DNA from: a virus | IMG/VR virus record: IMGVR_UViG_3300022925_000006 | Length of the DNA: 64,000 bases | Direction: 5' to 3' (one strand) | Shown: in pieces, positions 47,687 to 58,500 of the stretch | How the letters are laid out: each line of letters starts with the position of its first letter | How positions within the stretch are numbered: position 1 is the stretch's first letter | The notes under the pieces: generated by a model | The model's input: only the letters and a program-made list of their open reading frames with translations | Database searches by the model: none | What the model was told of the DNA's origin: nothing | Translations under genes and position numbers: made by a program

Positions 47687-49173
47687 CGACTAAACAAGAT
47701 AATTTTAAAATTCGAGTAGACAAACTCGGAGAAGGACTAGAGAACACACTCGGAGTACCCGAAGATGGGATGCAAGACCCCACAGGTGAGTATCCTAAAC
47801 GAGAGTATAACTTTGGTTCTTCAATCAACAAAGCTGCTCGTGGAACTAAGATAAATGACCTCTATGTTGGGGGTGGTGACTATGGTGTACCACTCAACAT
47901 TGAACCACAACGTCCATCCGAATATCCATTCAATCAAGTTCAAGAGACTACCTCTGGACATGTTGTTGAAATGGATGATACGCCTGGCGGTGAACGTGTA
48001 CTAATTAGACATCGTAAAGGTGCGGGTGTAGAGATGAGGGCCGATGGTTCTGTTATTATCTCTGCTGTCAATAACAAGGTAGAAATAACGGGTGGTGACC
48101 AGACTGTAATCATTGAGGGTAATGGTAACCTTGTGTATCAAGGTAATCTAAATCTAAAGGTTACGGGTGACTATAATGTTGATGTTGGAGGTAACTACAA
48201 TGTCAACGTTGCGGGTAGTCAGAATGAAACTATCGAACATAATCATAAGACAACGGTAACAGGTAACTCAGAATATATTACCAAGAAGACCAAGACAACT
48301 AAGACTGTTGGTACAAGTACCGATGTCATGTTATCAGATTTCAACCAGTTTGTCAAGTTTGATATGAAAACACTTGCGGAAGGTAATATTCAACTATCTT
48401 CTGAAGAGACCATTCTTATTACGGCTAAAGAAGGATTTGCTGCAACGAGTAAGAATACCAATATCACTGGTGCAAAGTATGTGTCGGTGATGGGTCAGAA
48501 AGGTGCGATTGGTGGACGAATGGTTGACTTCACAGGTAACGCATTTATGGGTGGTGAAGGTGCGGTTCCGTTTAACTCTGGTGCTGCATTCTATGGTACA
48601 CTGTTTGGTAAAGCGTCTGAAGCACTATTGGCCAACAATGCGGATAAAGCAGACTTGGCACTTAGGTCTTGGTATGCAACTAATGCTACATCCGCATTAA
48701 CTGCTGTGACCGCTGGCGCATTGGGAGCATCGACTGTTCCGACACTATTAGCCGCATCTGTTCATATTCCATCATTTACTTCGGAACAACAATACACAAG
48801 TTCTGGTGCGGGGGAAGGGCCAATCAACGGTGAGTTTGTTGTTGGACACTCTACCAATGGTGACTATGCAATCAGAACAGTAGTAATTGATGGTGGGGAT
48901 GTGTTAAAGAACAAGACACTATTGACCGATGATTACTTTGATGTGTTTGATAAGATACCAACGACCCAAGAGATTCGTTCTGCTTTCAGAAACTCTGGTT
49001 CTCGTGATGTAGTTGCGGGTGTGCTTGTTTCAGAAGAAAGACTAAATTCCGAGTACAAAACAAGGACTCCTCCAGCGATTGGTAGGACTGTGAAGAAATC
49101 ACCGTCTTCAAGATTCGGATTTGAACCGATTGGTAATGCAATTGAAAATAGAGGAAAGAGATTTACACGATGA
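47683..49173 (+). CDS. gp5 C-terminal beta-helix spike portion
   Basis: YPFNQV.ETTSGHVVEMDDTPGGER, VxGD/VxGN repeats. Confidence 0.75.
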   Translation: MTTKQDNFKIRVDKLGEGLENTLGVPEDGMQDPTGEYPKREYNFGSSINKAARGTKINDLYVGGGDYGVPLNIEPQRPSEYPFNQVQETTSGHVVEMDDTPGGERVLIRHRKGAGVEMRADGSVIISAVNNKVEITGGDQTVIIEGNGNLVYQGNLNLKVTGDYNVDVGGNYNVNVAGSQNETIEHNHKTTVTGNSEYITKKTKTTKTVGTSTDVMLSDFNQFVKFDMKTLAEGNIQLSSEETILITAKEGFAATSKNTNITGAKYVSVMGQKGAIGGRMVDFTGNAFMGGEGAVPFNSGAAFYGTLFGKASEALLANNADKADLALRSWYATNATSALTAVTAGALGASTVPTLLAASVHIPSFTSEQQYTSSGAGEGPINGEFVVGHSTNGDYAIRTVVIDGGDVLKNKTLLTDDYFDVFDKIPTTQEIRSAFRNSGSRDVVAGVLVSEERLNSEYKTRTPPAIGRTVKKSPSSRFGFEPIGNAIENRGKRFTR

Positions 49174-49763
49174 TAATTTTAGTTGACCCAGTATATAATC
49201 CACAGTTTCGGACAAACATTACGTCCGCAACTAAACTTGCGCCTGGCATTACTGTTGCCAAGTTCCTTGGTGCGTATGGTGATAGAACACCATTCAACCA
49301 CGTGACCAGTGAAACGAAGAGAAAGGAAATTGCAAGACATCTCTACCTCCAAGCTGAAGCAATGAGAATCATCAACGGCAACACCGAAAACTTTAATGAT
49401 GTTCGTTTGATTGTGTCAGAAGGTATCTATGACCTCAAAGAGATTGATGACGGTAACGAAATAATGGAAAAGAAATCCGATGGTCGTTTGGTTTATTATC
49501 AAGTGATTGGTCAGGATGGAGAAATTAATCTGGAACAAACCTTTGATGTTGCTGAGTATTGGAAAGATTATATCAAGTTTGGAAAACTGTATCTAGATTA
49601 TGACATCTACAATCCAGACGGAAGTCTTACTGCACAGATTGGTTTAGAGTTTCCAAAAACACCAGATTCCTTTGATATTGAGTTCTCTGGTGATGTTGCA
49701 ACTTATTTTAATAATGAGTTAATGAGTTCAGATGAATTAATAGAAATTAAGGAAAGTGACTAA
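49170..49763 (+). CDS. Baseplate-region protein, degenerate M15 peptidase-like
   Basis: Parallels the 10320 endolysin but lacks the Zn ligands. Confidence 0.5.
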   Translation: MIILVDPVYNPQFRTNITSATKLAPGITVAKFLGAYGDRTPFNHVTSETKRKEIARHLYLQAEAMRIINGNTENFNDVRLIVSEGIYDLKEIDDGNEIMEKKSDGRLVYYQVIGQDGEINLEQTFDVAEYWKDYIKFGKLYLDYDIYNPDGSLTAQIGLEFPKTPDSFDIEFSGDVATYFNNELMSSDELIEIKESD

Positions 49764-49770
49764 AAAGTCA

Positions 49771-49778
49771 TATAAATA
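49771..49778 (+). promoter_or_regulatory. T4-type late promoter
   Basis: TATAAATA before gp25. Confidence 0.75.
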
Positions 49779-49783
49779 GAACT

Positions 49784-50233
49784 ATGGCAATACGTAGAGC
49801 GTTCGCACAAGAAGATACTAACTTACAGACTGCGTCAGTAACGACCACTCGTGTAAGACAGTATACCGATATCGACCTTGCATTTAGGGCAAAACCGTCT
49901 AGTGGAGAAATCTACAAGAAGACGGATGCAGCTGCGGTGCGACAAGCGGTAAAGAATCTAGTTCAGACAAATAGACTAGAGAAACCGTTTCGTCCTCAAT
50001 ATGGTGGAAACCTTAGAGGTCAATTATTTGAATTGGCTGATAGGGGCCAGTCGGACGTGTTACGTAGAGGTGTTATCGAAAATATCGAATACTTCGAACC
50101 AAGAGCGCAAGTTCTTGAAGTTATTGTATCACTACAACCAGATACTAATAGTTTATCAGTAACAATAAAATTTAAAGTAGTCAACACAGAAGAAGAAGTA
50201 ACGTTCACTACCACACTCGCAAGGTTAAGATAA
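49784..50233 (+). CDS. gp25: Baseplate wedge gp25
   Basis: YTDIDLAF, AVRQAVKNL, EKPFRP.YG, FEPRA. Confidence 0.88.
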   Translation: MAIRRAFAQEDTNLQTASVTTTRVRQYTDIDLAFRAKPSSGEIYKKTDAAAVRQAVKNLVQTNRLEKPFRPQYGGNLRGQLFELADRGQSDVLRRGVIENIEYFEPRAQVLEVIVSLQPDTNSLSVTIKFKVVNTEEEVTFTTTLARLR

Positions 50234-50234
50234 A

Positions 50235-52061
50235 ATGGCAACAACAATTAAATCGACATCATTAGACTTTGACGCAATCAAGAATAACCTAAAAACATTT
50301 CTCGCTGAAAAAGAAGAGTTTGCGGATTATAACTTTGAAGCGTCTGGTCTGTCTAATATCTTGGATGTACTTGCATATAATACTCATTATAATGCACTGA
50401 CTGCCAATTTTGCGTTGAATGAATCTTTTCTTGGAACCGCACAGTTACGTAGTTCTATTTTATCACTTGCAGAAGGTATCGGTTACATTCCTGATTCTAT
50501 GACTTCTGCTCAAGCGATTATAAACTTAACATTAAATCTTTCTGGTGTTACTGACAGAACTCCAGAGATTCAAATCCCAACTGGATATAAGTTTAACGCT
50601 ACTGTTGATAATGAAGAATTTATTTTTCAAACACAAGAAAACATTAGCGCAACAGATAATGGTTCTGGTCTATATGAATTTAAAAACATTGCGGGTAGCA
50701 AAAACATAAAAGTTTTCGAGGGAATTGAACGAGTAAAGACGTTCCTTGTGTCGAGAGCAGAAGATAATGCGGTTTACATAGTTCCAGACAGAACGATGGA
50801 TATTGATACTGCAATCATTCGTGTTTATGAAGTTCCGTCATCTTCAACATTTACTGCATATACTAGTATTCTAAAAGCGACTACCATTAATGCAAACTCT
50901 ACCCTATACATTCTCAAAGAGTCTCCGAATGGATTCTTTGAATTGTCATTTGGTAATGGTAGCACTCTAGGCGCTGCACCCAAAACAGGTTCTAAAGTTA
51001 CGGCAACATATCTTGCTGCTAGTGGTGCATCCGCTAATACCGCAAAGGTTTTTGAACCACAAGCACAAATCAGTGTTGGTGGGAGTAACTATACCATGAG
51101 TGTGGCCACAGTCGCAGCTGCTGTTGGTGGTTCTGCAAAAGAAACTACCGAATCAATTCGTCAGAATGCGCCTTTCCAATACGCATCTCAGAATCGAATG
51201 GTAACTGCGGTAGACTATTCATCTCTTGTCCTACGTAACTTTTCTACACTCATAAAAGACATTCAATCATTTGGTGGAGAGGAAGCTCTTGACCCTGAGT
51301 TCGGAACAGTGTTTCTTTCAATTCTGTTTAATGCAGACGTTGATGATACTACAATTGCAACAACAAAAGATTCTATTGTTGACCTTGCAGCTCAGTTATC
51401 GGTCGCTTCCTTTAATGTCAAGTTTAGTGACCCTATCAAGACCTTTATTGAGACTAGAACATTCTTCCAATTTAATCCTAGTTTGACCACACTTTCTAGG
51501 AATACTATCCAAGATTCGGTCAATGAGGTTATTACTAATTACTTTACCAATAACCTTGGTAAGTTCAATCAATCGTTTAGACGTTCAAACCTTCTTACTT
51601 TAGTCGATGATGTGAGTCCTTCGGTTCTCTCATCTCGTACAGATGTGTTTATGCAGAGAAGATTTACTCCTACGTTAACTAAGATTCAAGACCACACACT
51701 CAGATTTGCGGCTCCTCTAAAAGCATTTGATGATGTTTTCTATACAATCACATCTTCAGCATTTAGATACAAAAACCAAACTTGTATTCTGAGAAACAAA
51801 CTGAACACCAATAAACTAGAAGTCTTCAACACCGAAGGTAACGAAGTTATTGTGGACAATGTCGGTAACTATACGGGTGATACCGTATTTATTGTAGGTC
51901 TTCAGATTGATAACTTTGTTGGTTCGGATGGATTTATTAAGATTTCTGCCAAACCTGCAAACGAGAGTGCAATCTCTCCATTAAGAGAAGACGTTTTAGA
52001 ACTAGACCCATCCAACACATTCTCACGTGTTGTTGAAATTGATACTGGGATTACTAACTAA
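50235..52061 (+). CDS. gp6: Baseplate wedge gp6
   Basis: LDFDAIKNNL, DYNFEASGLS.ILDVLAYNTHY, QNRMVTAVDY. Confidence 0.92.
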   Translation: MATTIKSTSLDFDAIKNNLKTFLAEKEEFADYNFEASGLSNILDVLAYNTHYNALTANFALNESFLGTAQLRSSILSLAEGIGYIPDSMTSAQAIINLTLNLSGVTDRTPEIQIPTGYKFNATVDNEEFIFQTQENISATDNGSGLYEFKNIAGSKNIKVFEGIERVKTFLVSRAEDNAVYIVPDRTMDIDTAIIRVYEVPSSSTFTAYTSILKATTINANSTLYILKESPNGFFELSFGNGSTLGAAPKTGSKVTATYLAASGASANTAKVFEPQAQISVGGSNYTMSVATVAAAVGGSAKETTESIRQNAPFQYASQNRMVTAVDYSSLVLRNFSTLIKDIQSFGGEEALDPEFGTVFLSILFNADVDDTTIATTKDSIVDLAAQLSVASFNVKFSDPIKTFIETRTFFQFNPSLTTLSRNTIQDSVNEVITNYFTNNLGKFNQSFRRSNLLTLVDDVSPSVLSSRTDVFMQRRFTPTLTKIQDHTLRFAAPLKAFDDVFYTITSSAFRYKNQTCILRNKLNTNKLEVFNTEGNEVIVDNVGNYTGDTVFIVGLQIDNFVGSDGFIKISAKPANESAISPLREDVLELDPSNTFSRVVEIDTGITN

Positions 52062-53059
52062 TGACACACAAGAGTGATGATACACTAAACGACTTGAATC
52101 GAAGAAATATTTCTTTTCCTCGTAATGAGGTCGAAAAAGTATTGCCTGAGTTTTTCAAGTCTGAGTATCCCAAATTAATTACTCTTCTTAACGAATACTA
52201 TCACTTTGAGGATGGTGATACTTCGCCATCAAAATTAGTAAATGAACTATTCTATAATCGTGATATTACCCAAACTGATATAGAATTATTATCCTATATC
52301 GAAGATGAACTACTTTTGGGTCAATCTTACTTTGAAGGATTTACAGACAAACGTGCAGCTTCAAAATACTCAAGCACTCTTTATCGTTCTAAAGGAACAA
52401 AGTATTCTATTCAACAGTTCTTCAGAACTTTCTTTGGTATTGACCCCGATGTGATTTATACCAAAGAAAATGTATTTAAAGTTGGAGAAGAGGATTCTCA
52501 GATTGGTTTGAACTCTCAGAAGTTTCTTACTGATAATAAATTATATCAGACTTTCGCTATCCTTATCAAGTCTGACATTGCTTTTAGTGAATGGAAAGAA
52601 CCATACAAATTGTTTACCCATCCCGCTGGTATGTTTATTGGCAGTGAGGTTCAGATTGTATCTGAAGTTATAGATACTGTGACAGCGCCACTAGTTGTTC
52701 TTGAACCACCACCACCTATCACAATAGAGGGAACAGGTGTATTCGGAGACTTCGCACACATGGACTTAACCGCTCTTGTCGATGACCTATATAGTGATTC
52801 AGATGGTGTATTGAATAGAATCAATGCGGAACTTACAAGTATAGAAGATTTTGGTTACAACATTCAAACAATTGAAAATCAATACTCATCATTACGTGAA
52901 GCGCAGACGGCTACATCACCTACATTTGATGATTCGGATGAATTCGAGACTAATGGTATGGACTTGAGTAACAACTTCAGATGGGAAACACTAGACCAAG
53001 ATATCAACAAATGGTACAGTGCGGACTCCGACCAGTATATAAAAAGTTTCACACTTTAG
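52061..53059 (+). CDS. Baseplate wedge gp7-like (short)
   Basis: LYRSKGT..SI..FFR, HPAG; follows gp6. Confidence 0.65.
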   Translation: MTHKSDDTLNDLNRRNISFPRNEVEKVLPEFFKSEYPKLITLLNEYYHFEDGDTSPSKLVNELFYNRDITQTDIELLSYIEDELLLGQSYFEGFTDKRAASKYSSTLYRSKGTKYSIQQFFRTFFGIDPDVIYTKENVFKVGEEDSQIGLNSQKFLTDNKLYQTFAILIKSDIAFSEWKEPYKLFTHPAGMFIGSEVQIVSEVIDTVTAPLVVLEPPPPITIEGTGVFGDFAHMDLTALVDDLYSDSDGVLNRINAELTSIEDFGYNIQTIENQYSSLREAQTATSPTFDDSDEFETNGMDLSNNFRWETLDQDINKWYSADSDQYIKSFTL

Positions 53060-53070
53060 TTAATAATGCT

Positions 53071-53078
53071 TATAAATA
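53071..53078 (+). promoter_or_regulatory. T4-type late promoter
   Basis: TATAAATA. Confidence 0.75.
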
Positions 53079-53101
53079 GATAAAACAAGACGGATTTAAA
53101 A

Positions 53102-54133
53102 ATGGCAAGACAGACTCTAAACAGAGGTACAGCGGCAAATGACGGCACAGGGGATACTCTGCGTGTAGCTGCCCAAAAAATTAATGAAAACTTCGCTGAA
53201 TTGTACACTTCAATCGGTGGAGATTCTGCGTCTACGTCTGTAACACTTACAGAACTTGGTGCGGTGTTTGAAGGTCTCGCTGAAAATGATTTTGAGACCA
53301 CATTAACATCAATTGAACCCACCCAAGATAATACTGTATATCTTCCAGATACCAGTGGGACACTCTTATTAGACTCTGCTTCACAGACATTGTCTAATAA
53401 AACTATTCTAAGTCCTAGTTTAACTACTCCATCTATTAAAGATGCAGATTCAAGTCATACATACAATGTTGTGGTGAGTAACCTAAGTGCAAATCGTAAT
53501 ATTACACTTCCATTACTCACAACGAATGATACTTTTGTATTTGCAGATGCAACCCAAACACTAACCAATAAAACTATTAGTAGTCCACACATTGAGAATC
53601 CAGAACTGGGTGGTCTTAGTGGTGGTTCAAAACTTTTTGACAGTGCTGGTGATGAATACCTTGAATTTGTATCTACATCAAGTGCTGTAAATTATGTGAT
53701 GATTACTAATGCGGCTACAGGTAATGGCCCTGCAATTGATGTCGATGGTGATGATACTAATATCAGTCTTGAACTTGCTGCGAAAGGTACAGGTGGTGTT
53801 GAAATTAAAAACAAATTTGTTCTTGAAAAAGGAACAGACGTTGCAACAAGTAGTGCAATAGACCTAACAAAACCGATGACAGTATTTAATTCTGGTAGTT
53901 TGATTTCTCCTATTATTAACGATGGAACAATTCAGGCAGAGACCAAATTCTTTAGTAATGTTGGTGCGGGTGAAGTAAGACTTACTCCACAAGGCGGAAC
54001 ATCAAATATCTTTGGTGTTGATTCTGGCAACGGATTTTTAAGTTTTGGTGAGGGTGACGGATGTCAACTTATCTGGAATAATGGAAAGAGTAAATGGTTT
54101 ATCGTTGGCAACAACGGTGTAACAACAGGATAA
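53102..54133 (+). CDS. gp9/gp10-like baseplate-fibre connector
   Basis: GTAANDGTGDTLR...KINENFAELY; QTLTNKT repeats. Confidence 0.7.
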   Translation: MARQTLNRGTAANDGTGDTLRVAAQKINENFAELYTSIGGDSASTSVTLTELGAVFEGLAENDFETTLTSIEPTQDNTVYLPDTSGTLLLDSASQTLSNKTILSPSLTTPSIKDADSSHTYNVVVSNLSANRNITLPLLTTNDTFVFADATQTLTNKTISSPHIENPELGGLSGGSKLFDSAGDEYLEFVSTSSAVNYVMITNAATGNGPAIDVDGDDTNISLELAAKGTGGVEIKNKFVLEKGTDVATSSAIDLTKPMTVFNSGSLISPIINDGTIQAETKFFSNVGAGEVRLTPQGGTSNIFGVDSGNGFLSFGEGDGCQLIWNNGKSKWFIVGNNGVTTG

Positions 54134-54137
54134 TAAG

Positions 54138-55496
54138 ATGGCAATTGTAACTCGAAAAATTAAAAAACAAGTAATCGAATCAATCAAAACCGACATTTCG
54201 GACTCTGATACTAATTACTTTATAGCGATTGGACGTTCCGAGGATTGGAACGATTCTGATATCGCACCAACTGTTCTAAACAGCGCAAGAGAGGAAAGAA
54301 ACTTCCGTCTTGGTTTACAGTCAGTAAAAAATATTGTTGACCATTCTTTTGTTATTCCTCGTTACAACTGGGCATCTGGTGCAATATATTCTGCATATGA
54401 TGATGCACAAGTTGGTTATCCTACTCAGACATACTATGTCATGAACGATAACAACCAAGTTTATATGTGTCTTCAACAAGCAAAAAACAATTCGGGTCAA
54501 GCCCAAGTATCCACGGTTCAACCAAGTGGTAATACTACAGGTACTCCGTTTGATACCGCAGATGGTTACATCTGGAAGTTCTTGTATTCTATTGGTGCCT
54601 TGGACGCAAACAAATATATCTCTGCAAATTATCTTCCTGTACAACTTATTACTGGTACGGACTCGGATTCTCCTGCTGCTGATGTGGAACAAGAATTGGT
54701 TCAGAATGCAGCTGTTGTTGGTCAGATTATCGGTTATGTTGTTGATTCGGGTGGAACAGGATATACCTCAACACCTACAATTTCCGTCACAGGTGATGGA
54801 ATAAAGGCAAAAGCTGGTGCAACGATTTCTGGTGGACAGGTTACTAGGGTAGAACTCATCGATAGTTCTGGTAGTTACACACTTGGTAGTGGGTATAATT
54901 TTGCGGATGTTGCTGTCACTGGTGGTGGTTCACCAAGTAAACCAGCTTCAGTAAGAGCCGTTCTCTCGACACCTTTAGGTTTAGGTGCAGACCCAAGAGA
55001 TGACTTACGTTCTACTGCTATTATGTTTAACGCAAAACCCGAAGGTGTTGAAGGCAATGACTTTATTATTGGTAATGATTTCCGTCAAGTCGGTTTGATT
55101 AAGAACCTAATGGATAGTTCTGGTTCAACACTCTTTACAGAATCTACTGGTATTGCACTCAAACAACTTAGGTTGTCTAGTGTGGTGACTGGATTTACCA
55201 CAGACAATATTATTGAAGGTGGAACCTCTGGTGTACAGGCATATATTGATAAAGTAGACTCTAACAGTATTTGGTATCACCAAACAGAAGTTACTGGATT
55301 TGGTAACTTTGATGCGGGAGAATCTATCTCAGAAATTGATGGTAATGGTACAGGTAGTCTTAACGCTACGTTTGCTCCATATATAACTCCTGAAGTTGAT
55401 ATTTTCAGCGGTGTGGTTTTGTATATTGACAATCGTGGGTCAGTTACTCGTAGTGCCGAACAGACCGAAGACATTAAAATCGTAATCCAAATTTAA
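54138..55496 (+). CDS. gp8: Baseplate wedge gp8
   Basis: PRYNW, YYVM, VYMCL, DGYIWKFLY, FRQVGL, YIDNR...EDIKIV. Confidence 0.85.
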   Translation: MAIVTRKIKKQVIESIKTDISDSDTNYFIAIGRSEDWNDSDIAPTVLNSAREERNFRLGLQSVKNIVDHSFVIPRYNWASGAIYSAYDDAQVGYPTQTYYVMNDNNQVYMCLQQAKNNSGQAQVSTVQPSGNTTGTPFDTADGYIWKFLYSIGALDANKYISANYLPVQLITGTDSDSPAADVEQELVQNAAVVGQIIGYVVDSGGTGYTSTPTISVTGDGIKAKAGATISGGQVTRVELIDSSGSYTLGSGYNFADVAVTGGGSPSKPASVRAVLSTPLGLGADPRDDLRSTAIMFNAKPEGVEGNDFIIGNDFRQVGLIKNLMDSSGSTLFTESTGIALKQLRLSSVVTGFTTDNIIEGGTSGVQAYIDKVDSNSIWYHQTEVTGFGNFDAGESISEIDGNGTGSLNATFAPYITPEVDIFSGVVLYIDNRGSVTRSAEQTEDIKIVIQI

Positions 55497-55505
55497 GGTA
55501 GAGAC

Positions 55506-58500
55506 ATGCCAAAGACATTTACATCTAACGTATTTAACTCATCTTACAAGGATGATTTCAAGGATAGTGATAATTATCACCGTATCCTATTCAACAGTGG
55601 ACGAGCGCTTCAAGCACGTGAACTTACACAGTTGCAAACAATCATCCAAGAAGAAATTGGTCGCTTTGGTAGGAATGTATTTACAGAAGGTGCTGCAGTA
55701 AATCCTGGCGGCCCATCTATAAACAATGATTACGAATTTATTAAACTGAATACTTCGGTTAATACTTTACCTAGTGATTTAACCACTCTGGTCGGAACAG
55801 AATTTACTGGTCAGACTTCCACTGTAAAAGCAAGAGTTCTCGAAGTTCTTGTTGCGTCAGGTTCAGACCCCGCAACCTTATATGTACAATACACCAATAC
55901 CTCTGGTGCAACTGCGGGTGAAAATACTATTCGCATGGGTGCTGGTGAAGACATCTCTAATGGCACAGATACACTTACTGTACAATCAACCAACACAGTT
56001 AACAACCCTGCTGTTGGTCGAGGTTGTCAAATTTCATCTGCGGAAGGTGACTTCTTTACTCGTGGACACTTTGTCTTTAACGGTAAACAGAGTCTAATCC
56101 TTTCCAAATACTCAAGATACCCTACTAAGGTTGTCGGTTTTAAAGTGACTGAAGATATCGTTACTGTTACTGACACCAATACCCTGTATGATAATCAAGG
56201 TGCAACTCCTAACTTGTCTTCGCCTGGCGCAGACCGTTATCGCATCAAACTTACTCTTACTACTAAAGACCAAATTGTTTCGGACGAAAACTTTGTTTAC
56301 TACTGTGATGTAGCTGACGGGTTAATTGTCGATGAGGCAAAAGGCGAATCTAATTATAACGCAATTAATAAACTTCTTGCGACCAGAACTGAGGAAGAAT
56401 CAGGTAATTATATTGTAGAGCCATTCACGGTTGACTTTGGTGATTCTGCGAATGATTTCCTTGCTTCTGTTTCAGACGGAACCGCATATGTAAATGGTTA
56501 CCGTGCTGACGCTCCAAAACCTACACCTCTAATAATCGCAAAACCAAGACAGACCGAAACTCTAACAAACGAAGTTGCTGGTATTACTTACGGTCAATAT
56601 TTTATATGTGATACGCTTGAAGGTAATCTTAACGTATCAGCATTTGCGACACTAAATTTACGTAGCACTGCATCATATGGTGGTTCTACCATTGGTACTG
56701 CAAGAGTCCGTTATGTAGAAGAAGATGGTGCGAACTATCGAGTCTACTTGTTCGACATTAAAATGAACAGTGGTCAGTCTTTACGTAATGTTAAATCTCT
56801 TGGTACTGGTGCAGCTGATTTTGCTAACCCAATTCTTGAAAATAGTAAAGCTGTTATTAAAGAGTCAACCAAAACAACTTTGGTGTATCCTCTTCCTAAT
56901 CCAAGACCAAGAACTATTAGTGACGTAGACTTTGAGGTTCAACGTATCCGTACAGGTACATCAAGTGGTTCTGGTTCACTGACGCTTTCTTTGTCGGCAA
57001 CTGGCGAAACATTTGTAAACACCTCTCAATGGATTGTCACTCGTAATGATACTGGTGCGGTGGTTTCTCCTTCTGGTATTACTGGCACAGGTACTCAGTC
57101 AACTACTATTAGTGGACTTCCAAACTCTACAGCAGTTACCGTATATCTTAAAGTTAACAAAGCACAACCATCGGTGCGTCAAAAAACATTGGTAGAAACC
57201 ACATTTAGTGGTGCAGTAGAATCCGATGGCACAGGAACTAAATTTGTTAATCTACACGCAACAGATGTATATGATGTATTATCAATCAAACAAACGGATT
57301 CTAGTGGTTCGGATATTTCTTATCTGTTTACTGTTGACGATGGTCAACGTGCTGGTTTCTATGATAATGCACGTCTAGTACTTGAGGGTGGCGCTACTGC
57401 TCCAGCTGGTTCGGTGTTTACAAGATTCAAACACTTTACCCACGGTGCAGGTGATTACTTCGCAGTAAACTCTTACACGGGTCAGGTTGCTTACGAAAAT
57501 ATTCCTAACTTTCAGATTGGCCCTCGTAGTTCAATCAATCTACGTGATGTGATTGACTTCCGTTCATCGGTTGATTCTGACGGACTATTTGCTGGCGGTG
57601 ACGCTGCATTTAACGAAATACCTACTAACGGTGACATCTTCCAAGGTGACGTAGAATACTATGTTCCTCGTGCAGATAAAATTGTTATTACCACACAAGG
57701 TGATATAAAGAACATTAAAGGTGAACCTGGCTTTACTTCACAAGTACCCTTTACTCCCGAAAATACATTGCCCCTCTTTGAATTAGAACTTAACCCATAT
57801 GGTCTAAGTGACTCAGATATCGTTGTAACTCCGATTGAAGCAAAACGTTTCACGATGAAAGATATCTCACAGATTGAGAAAAGAATTGATAAACTAGAAG
57901 AAGTTACTTCACTATCTCTTCTTGAAGTCGATACATCGGCTCTGTTGGTTCTTGATTCTTCGGGTAACCCTAGAAGTAAATCTGGATTCTTTGTTGATAA
58001 CTTCAAAGATAGAAGTTTCTCGGATGCACAGAACTCTGAGTATCGTGCTGCGATTGACCCATCTAGAAACTTCTTAGCACCACAAACAATTGAAGATAAT
58101 GTCGGACTTATCTATGATAGTGCGCTTTCAAGCAATACTATCTTGAAAGGCGATACCATTTTCCTTAATTATGCACATAAAGAAGCAATCACTCAACCAG
58201 TTGTTTCTGGTACTGAGAATGTTAACCCATTTGCGGTTATTACTGGAGAGGGTAATATTACTCTTTCTCCCGCTTCGGATGAATGGCAACAGACAAAATA
58301 TAAACCAGCGAACGTAATTAACAAGACTGCGGAAGAAGACCTTGGTACAATTAACGAAGGTAACCTTGCGGTAGGAACGGCAGTAAGAAGAGGCGTAGCT
58401 AACGAATTCGTATGGAGTGGTCGCCCATTTGCACCTATCGGTGGATTTGGATTTATGCAACTTCCAATCTTCAATGGTTGGAGAGGTGTTGCTGATTGGA

